Source: Prasinococcaceae sp. CCMP 1430 (taxonomy: Eukaryota; Plantae; Prasinodermophyta). Taken from it: a stretch of DNA of 64,000 nucleotides. Each line of letters starts with the position of its first letter. Position 1 is the stretch's first letter. Location of the stretch: the NCBI GenBank assembly GCA_013416795.1, contig RQSC01000152.1, positions 1-64,000 of the forward strand, in the 5' to 3' direction. The translations under genes and the position numbers were made by a program. Shown in pieces: positions 1 to 10,308 of this stretch. Under the pieces are notes generated by a model. That model was not told the origin of the DNA and searched no databases. It worked only from the letters and a program-made list of their open reading frames with translations.

Positions 1-273
1 GCGACAGTGGCGATGCCGAGCGCGCCGTGCGGAGGAAGATGGGCGTGCGCGAGCGCAGCTGCTGCGACCGTGTACAGTGTACCATTTGTTACGTGTGCTG
101 TGCGTGCACACCGGTTGCCCCGGCCGCGCGGGCCGCGGCAGGCAGAGGGTGGGGGGAGCAGGAGCGAAAGGGGGTAGGGGGAGGGCGAGGGGTGGGCGGG
201 GTATATGGTGTGGAGGGGCGGCGAGGGGCGCTGGCCGGTGTGGGCGCGCGCGCGCGCGGCCGCGCTCGTCCGC

Positions 274-807
274 TCACGCGCTCTTCTTGTCGCCGCCGAC
301 GTCCTCGAGGATCTTGTTGGCCAGGTACGCGCACGCGCCGGGGACGAGCACGGAGGTCATGTCGATGAGGCTCTCGGCGCTCTGGCCGACCACGTACGCG
401 GCCGTGCGCCCGGTGAGGTGCTCGAACGCGTCGGCGAACGCCCCCGCGCCGGTGTGCTTCATCGAGCGCGCGAGCGCGACGCGCGCCAGGGTGCCGATGG
501 CGAGCACCATGCACATGGAGGCGTACGCGCGCAGCAGCCCCCGCTTGGCCTTGGGCAGGCCCGCGTACACGCACCCGAGCGCCGCCGCGCCGATGAGCAC
601 GGCGAAGACGGCGTGCGGCGCCGGCGTGCCGCCGCCCATCGCCGGCACCCCCAGGTACCACACCGCCTCCGCGCCCACGAGCGCCGCCTGGGCCGTCGCC
701 ATCGTGCGGAGCCTCGACTTGGTGTCCGCCAGCCGTTTGTACCTGTCGTCGATCGTCTGGCGGTAGGCGAAGTCCGAGCCGCCGGTGACGTTGCGCGAGC
801 GCGCCAT
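274..807 (-). CDS. JAGN1: Jagunal-like ER membrane protein (about 177 aa)
   Basis: N-terminus MARSRNVTGGSDFAYRQTIDDRYKRLADTKSRL matches the Jagunal signature (G.DGSDF.YR..V..RY....K.RL), followed by several hydrophobic helices. ATG at 807, TGA at 274-276. Confidence 0.8.
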   Translation of the reverse strand: MARSRNVTGGSDFAYRQTIDDRYKRLADTKSRLRTMATAQAALVGAEAVWYLGVPAMGGGTPAPHAVFAVLIGAAALGCVYAGLPKAKRGLLRAYASMCMVLAIGTLARVALARSMKHTGAGAFADAFEHLTGRTAAYVVGQSAESLIDMTSVLVPGACAYLANKILEDVGGDKKSA

Positions 808-879
808 CTCGATTCGAAGGGGATGAGAGGTGGTCCCCGGTGGCGCTGCTTGCGTGCTTGCTTGTGTGCTTGGGGGGAG

Positions 880-910
880 GTGTGTGTTTGTGTGTGTGTG
901 TGTGTGTGTG
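880..910. repeat. (TG)n microsatellite between the divergent Jagunal and S15 starts
   Basis: gtgtgtgtttgtgtgtgtgtgtgtgtgtgtg read directly. Confidence 0.9.
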
Positions 911-930
911 GTGGTGGGTGGGGGGCGGGG

Positions 931-1917
931 ATGCGAGCGGCGGCTCTGGTGGGCACGCCGCGCGGATTTGCGGCAGGCGGCGCCGACGCGGCGGATGCCG
1001 CGCAAGGCGCAGGAGGTGAGGCGAACGCCGCAGCCGTGCTCCCGGAGGAGCGCACGCTGGCGGACTCGGTGCGCGCGCTGCACCTGGAGATGCGTGCGGT
1101 CAGCGGCTTGGAGAAGGCCATACAGGCCGCCGCCGCAGCCAAAGGGGCCCCGGCCGAAGACCTGCCCCCTGCCGACGCGCTGCCTCCGCCGAGCGAATCC
1201 GACGAGGCTATGTGGTCGCTAATGAAGACGGTGCTGGCCGACCTGAGTGCGGAGGAGACGGCGGACGTGGGTGCGCGCCTGAGCCTGCTCGAGGCGCTCG
1301 AGCTGGTGGTGATGAAGGACTATGCCGACCGAGACCTGAGCAAGGCAGAGGCCGACGCGGAGTTTGCGGCGGCGTTCAAGCGGCTCGACGAGGAGAGCGC
1401 GCCCGAGGGCGAGGTCAGTGACGCCGAGCGCGCGTGGTGGTGGCTCCGCTGGAACCGCGCTGGCGAGCTTCTAGCCAAGGTCATGTCGGACGAGCAGCTG
1501 CCCAGGCGCGACCGGGTGCGCAAAAAGATGGCTGCTGCTGCGGCTGCCGTTGCAAGGCACGAGACAGACGTCGGCTCGCCCGAGGTGCAGGTCGTCCGCC
1601 TCACCGAGCGCATCGCCGCCATGCAGGAGCACCTGAAGATGCACAAGAAGGACAGGCACGGCCGGCGCGGCCTGCAGGCCATGATGATCAGGAGGCGAAA
1701 GGAGATGAAATACCTGCGCCGCACGAACGCCGAGCGGTACGAGTGGCTGCTGAGCACAACGGGCCTCCTGGACCGCATGTCGCAGCCCACCGTGCCGGGC
1801 CTGCAGGAGAAACTCCAGGCGAAGAAGGCCAAGGCTGAGCGCATGCTGCGCAACCGCAGGCTCAAGGCCGAGCGCCTCAAGCGCCGCAAGCGCGACACGC
1901 GCCAGCGCAACTACTGA
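931..1917 (+). CDS. RPS15: Organellar (probably mitochondrial) ribosomal protein uS15 with a long N-terminal extension
   Basis: C-terminal HETDVGSPEVQVVRLTERIAAMQEHLKMHKKDRHGRRGLQAMMIRRRKEMKYLRR is the bacterial-type S15 core. N-terminal MRAAALVGTPRGFA resembles a mitochondrial presequence. Exact start uncertain. Confidence 0.88.
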   Translation: MRAAALVGTPRGFAAGGADAADAAQGAGGEANAAAVLPEERTLADSVRALHLEMRAVSGLEKAIQAAAAAKGAPAEDLPPADALPPPSESDEAMWSLMKTVLADLSAEETADVGARLSLLEALELVVMKDYADRDLSKAEADAEFAAAFKRLDEESAPEGEVSDAERAWWWLRWNRAGELLAKVMSDEQLPRRDRVRKKMAAAAAAVARHETDVGSPEVQVVRLTERIAAMQEHLKMHKKDRHGRRGLQAMMIRRRKEMKYLRRTNAERYEWLLSTTGLLDRMSQPTVPGLQEKLQAKKAKAERMLRNRRLKAERLKRRKRDTRQRNY

Positions 1918-1968
1918 GCGCCCCCATCCCGTGCGTCGCTCCATTATTTTGCATTTTTCCCAACACTA

Positions 1969-1973
1969 TTACA
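1969..1973 (-). terminator. UGUAA polyadenylation signal (HemW)
   Basis: TTACA on the plus strand, 21 nt past the stop. Confidence 0.55.
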
Positions 1974-1994
1974 CGTTTATTACCGCGCCACGCC

Positions 1995-3560
1995 TCAGGC
2001 CACCGCCGCGAAGAGCGTCGAGATGGCCGCGTTGCTTAGAAGGAAGCCCTCGGGGTCGCTCAGCCGCACGCGGCGTACCTCGCCGTAGTCCCAGCCGGCC
2101 GCGAGAGCGCGCTCGTCCCCGCCCTGCTCCGTGTCGCCGTATACCTCGGCGAGGCCATCCTCGACGAGCTGCCGTAGCGGCGCCTGCAGCGGGGCGAGCG
2201 CTGCTGCGCCGTGTTGCGCTCGCAGTGCGCGCAGATCCACGCCGTCGGCGAGGCGCAGCCCGAGCATCAGTGCGTCGCAGAGCGCCTCCTGGTCGTCGTC
2301 GTCGTCGTCGATGAGAGCGACATCATCGGCCGCAGGCTCGTCATCGGCTGCGCCGTACGCGCGTGCGCCCGACTCGACAGCGTTCACGTACTCGAAGTAC
2401 TCCTCCAGCTCCCGCGGCCTACTGTAGCGCACCCCCCCAAGGTAGCTGGCCGCGCCGTTGCCGAACGCATAGAAGGGCTCGTTCCGCCAGTAGACGAGGT
2501 TGTGGCGCGAGCGGTGGCCGGGCCGGGCGAAGTTGGAGACCTCGTAGTGCTCATACCCGGCGCCGCGCAGGATGTGGGCCGCGGCGCGGTACATGTCGGC
2601 TGCCATGCCCGGTGACGGCAGCGGCGAGACGCCATCCTCGTACCACCGCGCAAACGCTGTGCCCTCCTCCACCTGCAGGTCGTACACCGAGACGTGGTCG
2701 GGAGACTCGGCGACCGCCGCGCGCAGGGTGGTCTCCCAGCGCTCCTGTGTGAGTTGCGGCAGCCCGCTGATGACGTCGAGCGACCACGACGGCATGCCCG
2801 ATGCCCGCACGAGCGCGAGCGCCTCGCGGGCGCCCGCGACGTCGTGCTGCCGCCCCGCCGCCCGTAGGAGCTCGTCGTCGAAGCTCTGCACCCCGATGGA
2901 CAGCCGGCTGACGCCGTACTCGCGCCATGCCGCGAGCTTGTCCGCGTCGAAGGTGCCCGGGTCGGCCTCGAGCGAAATCTCAGCGTCATCCGCGATGCCA
3001 AACGCGCTGTCGAGTTCGCGCAGGATGAGCCCGAGCGCGGCGGGGGGCAGCAGCGACGGCGTGCCGCCGCCGAACGACACCGTGCGCAGCGGTGCAGCGC
3101 GTCCACGCGCGCGAGGCACGGCCGCCGCAGCAGCGCGCACCTCGCGGCGGAGCGCCTCCACGTAGCGCTCCGCCAGCGCCACTGCTCGCGGCGACGCGCC
3201 GGATCCCACCGGGACGATGGGGAAGTCGCAGTAGTGACAGCGCGAGCGGCAGAACGGGATGTGCACGTACGCCGACTGCGCCGCTGGGCCGTCGCCCGCC
3301 GCGGTCGAGGTCACGGGCGCGGGCGTGGCCACCGCCGCGGCCACGGACGCGCGGCGATGGACGCGCGGCGCACGCAGGGTCGCGCGCAAGCACCCGCAGA
3401 CCTTGGCCAGGGGCACGGCATCGCCAGCAGCCCCGCCAGCCCCCCGCCGGCCCCGCAGGGTTAGCGGGCGCGCGCACGCCCGCGCTCGCGCCTCTGACCC
3501 CAAACACCGCCCGCAACTCAAACTCAGCCCTTTCCCAGTCAGGCACACGCCGCGCCCCAT
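1995..3560 (-). CDS. hemW: Radical SAM HemN-like protein, heme-chaperone HemW/RSAD1 type, organelle-targeted
   Basis: YVHIPFCRSRCHYCDF (CxxxCxxC), GGGTPS, SIGVQSF, YEVSNF and the HemW-type HNLVYW motif. Start uncertain; the 5' end may involve sequence near the N gap. Confidence 0.88.
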   Translation of the reverse strand: MGRGVCLTGKGLSLSCGRCLGSEARARACARPLTLRGRRGAGGAAGDAVPLAKVCGCLRATLRAPRVHRRASVAAAVATPAPVTSTAAGDGPAAQSAYVHIPFCRSRCHYCDFPIVPVGSGASPRAVALAERYVEALRREVRAAAAAVPRARGRAAPLRTVSFGGGTPSLLPPAALGLILRELDSAFGIADDAEISLEADPGTFDADKLAAWREYGVSRLSIGVQSFDDELLRAAGRQHDVAGAREALALVRASGMPSWSLDVISGLPQLTQERWETTLRAAVAESPDHVSVYDLQVEEGTAFARWYEDGVSPLPSPGMAADMYRAAAHILRGAGYEHYEVSNFARPGHRSRHNLVYWRNEPFYAFGNGAASYLGGVRYSRPRELEEYFEYVNAVESGARAYGAADDEPAADDVALIDDDDDDQEALCDALMLGLRLADGVDLRALRAQHGAAALAPLQAPLRQLVEDGLAEVYGDTEQGGDERALAAGWDYGEVRRVRLSDPEGFLLSNAAISTLFAAVA

Positions 3561-3918
3561 CCATATGGCACATGCATGGCCAGCCAGGTGGAAGCTTCGT
3601 GTCTCTTTCGTGTGTGGGTGTGGACCAGCGCCGACGTGCCGTGCCGTGCCTGTATTCCCCCCTTCCTTTGCCACTCCCCAGGTCCCCATGGAAACCCAGG
3701 TGCGCGCGAGAGCGGCGGCTCGCCCGCGTTGTTGTGTGTTGTTTGTTTGGTTGGCCCGCGCGCGCCGACCGAGGCGGCGCCCTTTCTTTTGGGGCGCGCG
3801 CCGATCGGACGCGCGAAAGCGGCGGCCGCGGTTTATGGGCGGCCCAGTTCGCATGCGATGCGCGCGGGAAAAAACGGGGCGGAAACGGCGGCCGCGCGCG
3901 CGCGCGCGCGCGCGCGCG

Positions 3919-4149
3919 NNNNNNNNNNNNNNNNNNNNNNNNNNNNNNNNNNNNNNNNNNNNNNNNNNNNNNNNNNNNNNNNNNNNNNNNNNNNNNNNNN
4001 NNNNNNNNNNNNNNNNNNNNNNNNNNNNNNNNNNNNNNNNNNNNNNNNNNNNNNNNNNNNNNNNNNNNNNNNNNNNNNNNNNNNNNNNNNNNNNNNNNNN
4101 NNNNNNNNNNNNNNNNNNNNNNNNNNNNNNNNNNNNNNNNNNNNNNNNN
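3919..4149. other. Assembly gap (231 N) flanked by (CG)n on the left and a C-run on the right
   Basis: N run seen directly. It lies between the divergent HemW and cyclin 5' ends. Confidence 0.98.
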
Positions 4150-4332
4150 CCCCCCCCCCCCGCCGCGCGCGCGCGCGCGGGCAACGCGAGCAGGCGCTGC
4201 CCGTGCGGTCCGTACCGCACGCGAGCGCCCAACCCTAGCTCTGTCCTGAGAATGGAGCGACCGCGGCCCACTGCTGCGTGCCAGGCGTGCGCGGACCCGC
4301 CCGCTGACGCGACGCCGCGGCGACACGCGCAG

Positions 4333-5624
4333 GGAGGCCCGCGTGATGATCTGCGCGCAGACATTCTTCCACCGCTTCTTCATGATCAACAACATCGCGC
4401 AGCAGCCCTCGTCGGTGCCGGCCGGCCCGAAAAGGGCGGGCGAGCCTGAGCACACGCCGCATCACATGGTATGTGGAGGATGAGTGGTGCACGGACGTGT
4501 CCTTTTGCTCTCTCTGCATGCCCCGCGGGCATCGCGCGCGGCGCCACACTGCACGCCAGTTCAGCGCTGCTGTTGGCGCGCCACCAGCCGCTGCGTGCGA
4601 TGCGATGCGCTCGCATCTGGGCTGCGCGGCGCGGCGTGGCTTGCTCGAGCGAGCGCCCCTGCAACGATAGTCGCCGCCGAGCCCTGCGCCCGTCTTGCTG
4701 CCGCTGCGCGCGCCCCCTTCTAGCCTCTGCGCTGTCGGGCGGTGCTGACGGAGCGGTGCGCCCCACGAACCTGTTTCGGCCTCGGGACACTGCTCCTCGC
4801 TTGCGCCTGCTCGCCGCTGGCGCCGTTCGTAGATGGTTGCTGTTGCGTGCCTGTTCCTGGCGGCCAAGGTCGAGGAGTACCCGAAGTTCCTGGACGACGT
4901 CGTGAGATTCACGTACCACTTCCGCCATGGGAAGGAGGCCACCGAGGCGCTGATGGCCGACAAGGAGGGTGCTCTCAAGGTGGAGAAGGACCGCGTGCTC
5001 ACGTGCGAGCGCCTTGTGGTGTCCAACATGGGCTTCGACCTGCACGTGACGAGCCCGCATTGCAAGCTGGGCCCGGTTGTCGACGCGGTGCTCGAGGTGG
5101 CCGCGGCCGAGGGCCGCACGGATCTTGTACGGGAGCACAAGAGCTTGTTGTCCTTGGCCACGAACTTCCTCAACGACAGCATGCACCACCTGATCTGCCT
5201 TCAGCACCGACCTACTCGCATGGCTGCGATCGCCCTCGCGATGGCGGAGAAGTTCATGGTCGGCAAGGAGAAGATTAAGCCGTTTCCCAGGGTCAAGGTC
5301 GATGGCGAGATGGTGCCGTGGTGGTGCTCCATGAGGATCGTGGACGACGACGAGGCCATCAGCAGCGACATGATGCGGCGCTACATGAAGGACTTCCACA
5401 GCCAGGTCTATCGCCAGGGCGGCGGCGCCACCTCTGTGGCCACCGCCTCTCAGGCGACGAGGAAGCGCCCTGCCCCTGGCGCCCCCCTTGCCAACGCGTC
5501 TCCACCGCCACAGATTTCGCCGAACCGCTCCAGCGACGACTCGATCGTCGAGAGCCGGGTGGCCTTCGACAACAAGAGGCCGCGCGTGGACGGCACCATC
5601 AGACCGCCCCCCATGAAGGCTTGA
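4333..5624 (+). CDS. Cyclin T/K-type transcriptional cyclin (5' end incomplete, intron 4469-4832)
   Basis: Exon ARVMICAQTFFHRFFMIN (cyclin-box HRFF) splices in phase 0 (GTATGT...TAG) to MVAVACLFLAAKVEEYP, then GFDLHVTSPH and FLNDSMHHLICLQHRP. The first exon was not resolved and may lie in the gap. Confidence 0.85.
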
Positions 5625-5845
5625 GTGGGCGTGCCCCGAGCGAGGAGCCTTGTGCGTGCGTCGGACGCCGGCTTTGTACAGACTAAACAGCGGGCCCATT
5701 CGGCGGGCCTGAGCCGCGCCCCGAGCGTGGCCGGCCGATCTCAATTGAGAGAAACGGACAGGCATTGACAGACAGAATTCTTCGACGCCCAACGCGTCGC
5801 ATTCGTGCTGCGCGCGCCGTTCAGGACGGCGCGCCGGCAAGCAGA

Positions 5846-5850
5846 TGTAA
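5846..5850 (+). terminator. UGUAA polyadenylation signal (cyclin)
   Basis: TGTAATAAAAAC in an AT-rich patch downstream of the stop. Confidence 0.55.
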
Positions 5851-6036
5851 TAAAAACAAAACAAAAATGTTGAAAGATGTGACCGTGCAGCTGCCCACCT
5901 CCGCTCGCCGCACGCGCCCTGCGCGCGCCAGGCGAGAGGTTGCGATGGATGCATTTTTTCTTATTACTTGGCGGGCGAGCTCATGTGCCTCGGGTGTCCG
6001 CCGGCTCGATTGTCACTTTCTTCTTCTCTCCTCTAG

Positions 6037-7377
6037 CTAATGCCGCACGCTGTTGGCTAGCAGCGCGGCGCCTCCGAGAATGGCCGTGCCCGCGGCGAAG
6101 AACGTCACGGCTGCGTCGCTCAGGTCGTCGCCCCCGTCTCCGCCCTCCTCGATCGCCTGCGCGCCGGACTCCGAAACGTGCCCATCCGCCTCGACGGCGG
6201 CCGCGGCGACCACGAACTGAGGGCGTCCGGCCTCGCCCGCAGCTTGAGAGCCGCCCGCCGACGCGGCAGAGAGCTCCATGCCCTCCTCGTCGACGCTGCT
6301 GCCGTCGCTTGCCGGCGCGGGGTCGAAGTCGCCGAAGACGAGCAGGCCCCACAGGCCGCTGATGAGCGGCGTGTGCGTCACGGGATACACCACGCTGAAA
6401 CCCACCATGCCGATGGCGTTGAGCGTGCAGACATCGCCGGCGGTCCAGATGAAGCCCGCGCAGGTAGCCATGCGCAGCAGGCGGCGACGCTCGTCCGTCC
6501 AAGCCCACGGCCAGCCGGCTGACACCTGGGGGAACGGCGCAAGCAGGCCGGGAAGCGGCTGCTCGCGCGGCAGCAGCGCGCAGGCAGCGCTCGCGAGCGC
6601 AACCGCCGATACCCACGCCCCCAGGGCTAGACTGGGCACGAACTCGGTCCCCTTCACGCTGGCGAAGCTCAGCGGCACCAGGACGGCGCCGCTCCACACG
6701 CCGCTCAGCAAAGAGAGGCACAGGCAGCGCGGCGCGTCGGAGGGCTCCATGCCCCAAAACTTGCCCTCCTTCTCCACCGGCTTCTCGCCCGCCTGCCGCA
6801 ACGCATCGTCGCCGTTGCTACCGCCCCCGCCCCCGCCGTCGGCACTGACCACCCCGAAAGTCCCCGCGACGAGCAGCGCGACGCCCGCAGCCGCACCCGC
6901 GGGCCACGTCAGCTCGTCGCCCAGCAGCAGCACTCCCCACATGAAGCTGGTGACCACGCTGACGCTGCCCCACAGCCCCGTGTTGAGGCTCACGGGCATG
7001 CGCGCGAGCGCGAGCGTGTTGGTTCCGACCGCCAGCGTGAAGAACAAGCCCGACAGGGCACCCCACGGCGTGAACACCAGCGAGTCGCCATTCGCGTGCG
7101 CGGCCCACGCGCCCGCTGCGAGCGCCGAAACGCCCACGCCGGTCATCTTGAACACGAGTGCGTCAAGCGCGTCCTCGAGGCCGGAGCCCAGTGCCCCGCC
7201 ACCACCCTCGCCGTCCTCGGCATCCCCGTCGAAGCTCAGCTTGTACGGCACGAGCATGGACCCATTGAGCAGCGCCGCACACGCCGTGAGGCCAAGCCCA
7301 GCAGCCCTGGCGGCAGAGCGAGCGCAAGCGCGCCGCGGGCGCAGGTGCGCGGCCCGCGGCGGCCGCGCGCAGTACAT
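6037..7377 (-). CDS. TMEM144-like drug/metabolite transporter (DMT) superfamily protein
   Basis: About 10 hydrophobic helices in two halves. Motifs NGSMLVPYK, FTPWGALSGLFF, GLWGSVSVVTSFMWG, WSGAVLVP and SGLWGLLVFGDF. Start uncertain. Confidence 0.72.
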   Translation of the reverse strand: MYCARPPRAAHLRPRRACARSAARAAGLGLTACAALLNGSMLVPYKLSFDGDAEDGEGGGGALGSGLEDALDALVFKMTGVGVSALAAGAWAAHANGDSLVFTPWGALSGLFFTLAVGTNTLALARMPVSLNTGLWGSVSVVTSFMWGVLLLGDELTWPAGAAAGVALLVAGTFGVVSADGGGGGGSNGDDALRQAGEKPVEKEGKFWGMEPSDAPRCLCLSLLSGVWSGAVLVPLSFASVKGTEFVPSLALGAWVSAVALASAACALLPREQPLPGLLAPFPQVSAGWPWAWTDERRRLLRMATCAGFIWTAGDVCTLNAIGMVGFSVVYPVTHTPLISGLWGLLVFGDFDPAPASDGSSVDEEGMELSAASAGGSQAAGEAGRPQFVVAAAAVEADGHVSESGAQAIEEGGDGGDDLSDAAVTFFAAGTAILGGAALLANSVRH

Positions 7378-8545
7378 CCGCACGAGGCTGAGCGCGTAGT
7401 CGGGTGCGGCTCGACCGGCGCTTCCCCCCGGCGCGCAGAGGGAGAACCCCCGCTCCCACCAGCCGCGCACGGCCCGCGCCCGCGCTGTGGCAGGCGCGCC
7501 TCGCGCGGCCCGCCCCTGGCTGCCCGCCCGCGACTCGAGGGGGAAGGGAGGGGAGGGCGCACGCTGCCGGCCGTCCCCCCCCGCACTCGAACGGATGTCG
7601 TCCCCGTCACCTCCGCGCGATCCGTCCCAACGCGCCAACAGCTAACTTACTCCCACAGCCACAAGCGCGCGCGCGCGCGTGGCGGGCCGCCGCGCGGGCC
7701 TCTGGCTGGCCACGTGTTCACCCACACGTGTGCGCCCCATCGATCGATCGGTAGTACTACTGTGCAGCACCTGGACACCGATACCAGTGCCACGGGACGG
7801 GAAGTGCTACGGGACGGGGGCACGCCGCGCTGGGGAAGATCCACGCGTGGAAAGATCCCTCGGCAGAAAAAAAAAAAGTCACGACGAGGAACTTTGACGT
7901 GGGTCGGTCGGAGGGGCTCGAACAAACGCGGGCTGACAGGCGGACCGACCGACCGGGACAAGAGACAGACGGTCGGACCCGTCCGCGGATCCGTCCGAGG
8001 GTTTCGGCCGCGCCGACCGACCGAGAGGCCGGCCCAGCAGAGCGCGGGTGGGGGTGTCGATTGATCCGCGCGGGGCGGCGGAGCGCGCGCGTCGCGCGCG
8101 CGTCCGGTGCTCGTTCAGGCCGGCGCGAATGGCCCGCGGGCGCGCTCGGCGTCGCAGGCGCGGCAGGCGCCCCCCCCCCCGGCAGCTGGATCGGATTCCG
8201 TGGCTATGCCGTGCGGGCGCGCGCCACGCGGGCGCGCGCGAACAAGAATGCGAAAGACCACAGAAAAAAAGAAACGGTATCTCGTTTTAATTGCCGACTG
8301 TTCCGTCGATTGGATGCGCTGCGGGGTGCGGACGGCAGTGAGCGCGCCCCGGTCGCTCGTCTTGCGGGGCGCGAAAAGGGGCGGTCGCGGAAGGGGCCAA
8401 AAAGCGCGCATGCGGCTGGCCGCCGCGGTGGATGGCGGACGAGCGCGCACCACACACGCGTCTCCGCGCGCACGCGCGCACGCGCTCGCCCCTCCCCTCC
8501 CCTCCCCCACCCCCCCCACCAACACACGCCCGCCCACCGGCGGCA

Positions 8546-9364
8546 ATGGCGGCGCCCAGGGTGATGGCGGACACCGGCGCCGAGGTGGGAGCGGGCTACG
8601 GCGCCGAGCGCAAGAAGCGCGTCGTGGTGCGTGGCGCGGGGCGGCGGCCGTGGCGGAGCAGCTGGGGGTTGGTGGGGGAGGGAAGAGGGGGGCGTCGGCC
8701 GCGCGGCAGCAGTTGCGGGACGCGCGAATAGCGTGCGCGGCGTGCGACAGCGCGATGACGACAGAGCGGTCGCTCGCAGTGCTCGGCGCTGACGTGCGCG
8801 CCATCCGATGCGCGCTCGCGCGCCGCTCTGCGCGCCCCGCCGCTGCGGCGCTCCTGCGACGGCATTGCGGGCGTCGCCGCGCGCTGGTCGCCCCCCCCCC
8901 CGCGCCCGTCGCATCGCTTCCACCAGGTGTCGGGCTACTTCGACCCCTTCCACGTCGGCCACCTTGAGTACCTCGAGAAGTCCAAGGAGGCCGCGGGTGG
9001 TGACAAGAACGCGCACCTGATCGTGATTGTGAACAACGACCACCAGGCGACGCTGAAGAAGGGCAAGCCGTTCATGCCCGCGGCGGAGCGCTGCAAGATC
9101 GTCGCGGCGCTGCGCTGCGTCGACGAGGCCTTTGTGGCTGTCGACGAGGACCGGACTTGCTGCAAGTCGATCGCGTGCATCACGCCGCCGCCCGACTATT
9201 TCTGCAACGGCGGCGACCAGAACAACAACACCATCCCGGAGAGGCCCGTCTGCGAGGAGCTCGGCATTGCGCTGCTCGACGGCCTCGGCGACAAGATCCA
9301 GTCTTCGAGCTGGCTCATCAAGGGCGGTGGCAAGGGGGAGATCAAGGCGGACCCCAACGCCTGA
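8546..9364 (+). CDS. Stand-alone cytidylyltransferase-like nucleotidyltransferase (CTP_transf_like, TagD/RibL/RfaE-II-like); intron 8627-8926
   Basis: Spliced KKRVV-VSGYFDPFHVGHLEYL (HxGH motif), then VIVNND, KKGKPFMP..ER, DYFCNGGDQ and KIQSSSW. The GTGCGT...CAG intron is in phase 0. Confidence 0.88.
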
Positions 9365-9819
9365 GCTGCCAGCGGAGCCCGAGGCGATTCCCTGCGCAAG
9401 CTGTGCGCCGCACCTGGGCGCCCGCATGCTCGGGCGGGCGCCAGGGGCCCGCGCAAGCTCGCCTGGGCGAGCGAGGCGCGGCTGCGCCAGGGCCGCTGCC
9501 GCGAGGTAAAGCGAAGCTCCCCTATCGAGCGCCTGGAACAGCCCGTCCCCTTTGCGCGACGCGCGCACGCCGTGAGCCCCCCTCACACACACACACACAC
9601 CTCCCCCCCAAGATGCAATTGAGTGGTGCATGACCCCGATGCCGATGCCATGTGCGCGGTGCGCGCGCGGTGAACGCAATGTACCATCCTGATGGTAAAC
9701 CCTTCCAAAGCCCTCAAACCCTTTCATACGATGTCGTCGAAACCTTATCCGTTTGCGCGCGTGTGGCGCGCGCGCGCCTCACCAGCACAAAAACGGTGCG
9801 CGCGGTCAGCGAGCCCGGC

Positions 9820-9822
<3 letters not shown>

Positions 9823-9850
<28 letters not shown>
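9823..9850. repeat. C28 homopolymer upstream of the amine oxidase gene
   Basis: Seen directly. Confidence 0.95.
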
Positions 9851-10308
9851 ATCGGCCCGCCCGGCTGCGCGGGAGGGCGGGCTGGTCCAGGGGTTCGAGG
9901 CAAGCTCAGGCCGTGCCAGAGATTTTTTTGCGCTCGCGCGGCGTCCCATTCATTTCGCGCTCCGTCGATTCGGCCGCGCCCGCGCGAACGCCGGCGCCCG
10001 CGCCCGCGGGATGATCTCCCGTGGGTAATACACATCTCATTTTTACTTTTTTCTATCGCGCCCGTCCGCGTCGCGCGGCGCGTCGGGCTCCCTCCTTTCC
10101 CCCCCATTCAAAAAGCCCCGTCGCCGCGCGCGCGACGCGCAACGCCGACGCTCGCGGAACGCGTTTCGCGCGCGTTTCGCCCGCGCTTCCGCGGCTTTTG
10201 CCGCCCGCGCGCGCGTTGTTACACAAACCTCGGAAGCCGGTTCCGAGCGGGGGCTCCCGCTTTGGCTATTCTTCATGATGGGAGGACAAAAAGGACATAT
10301 CCAATCGA

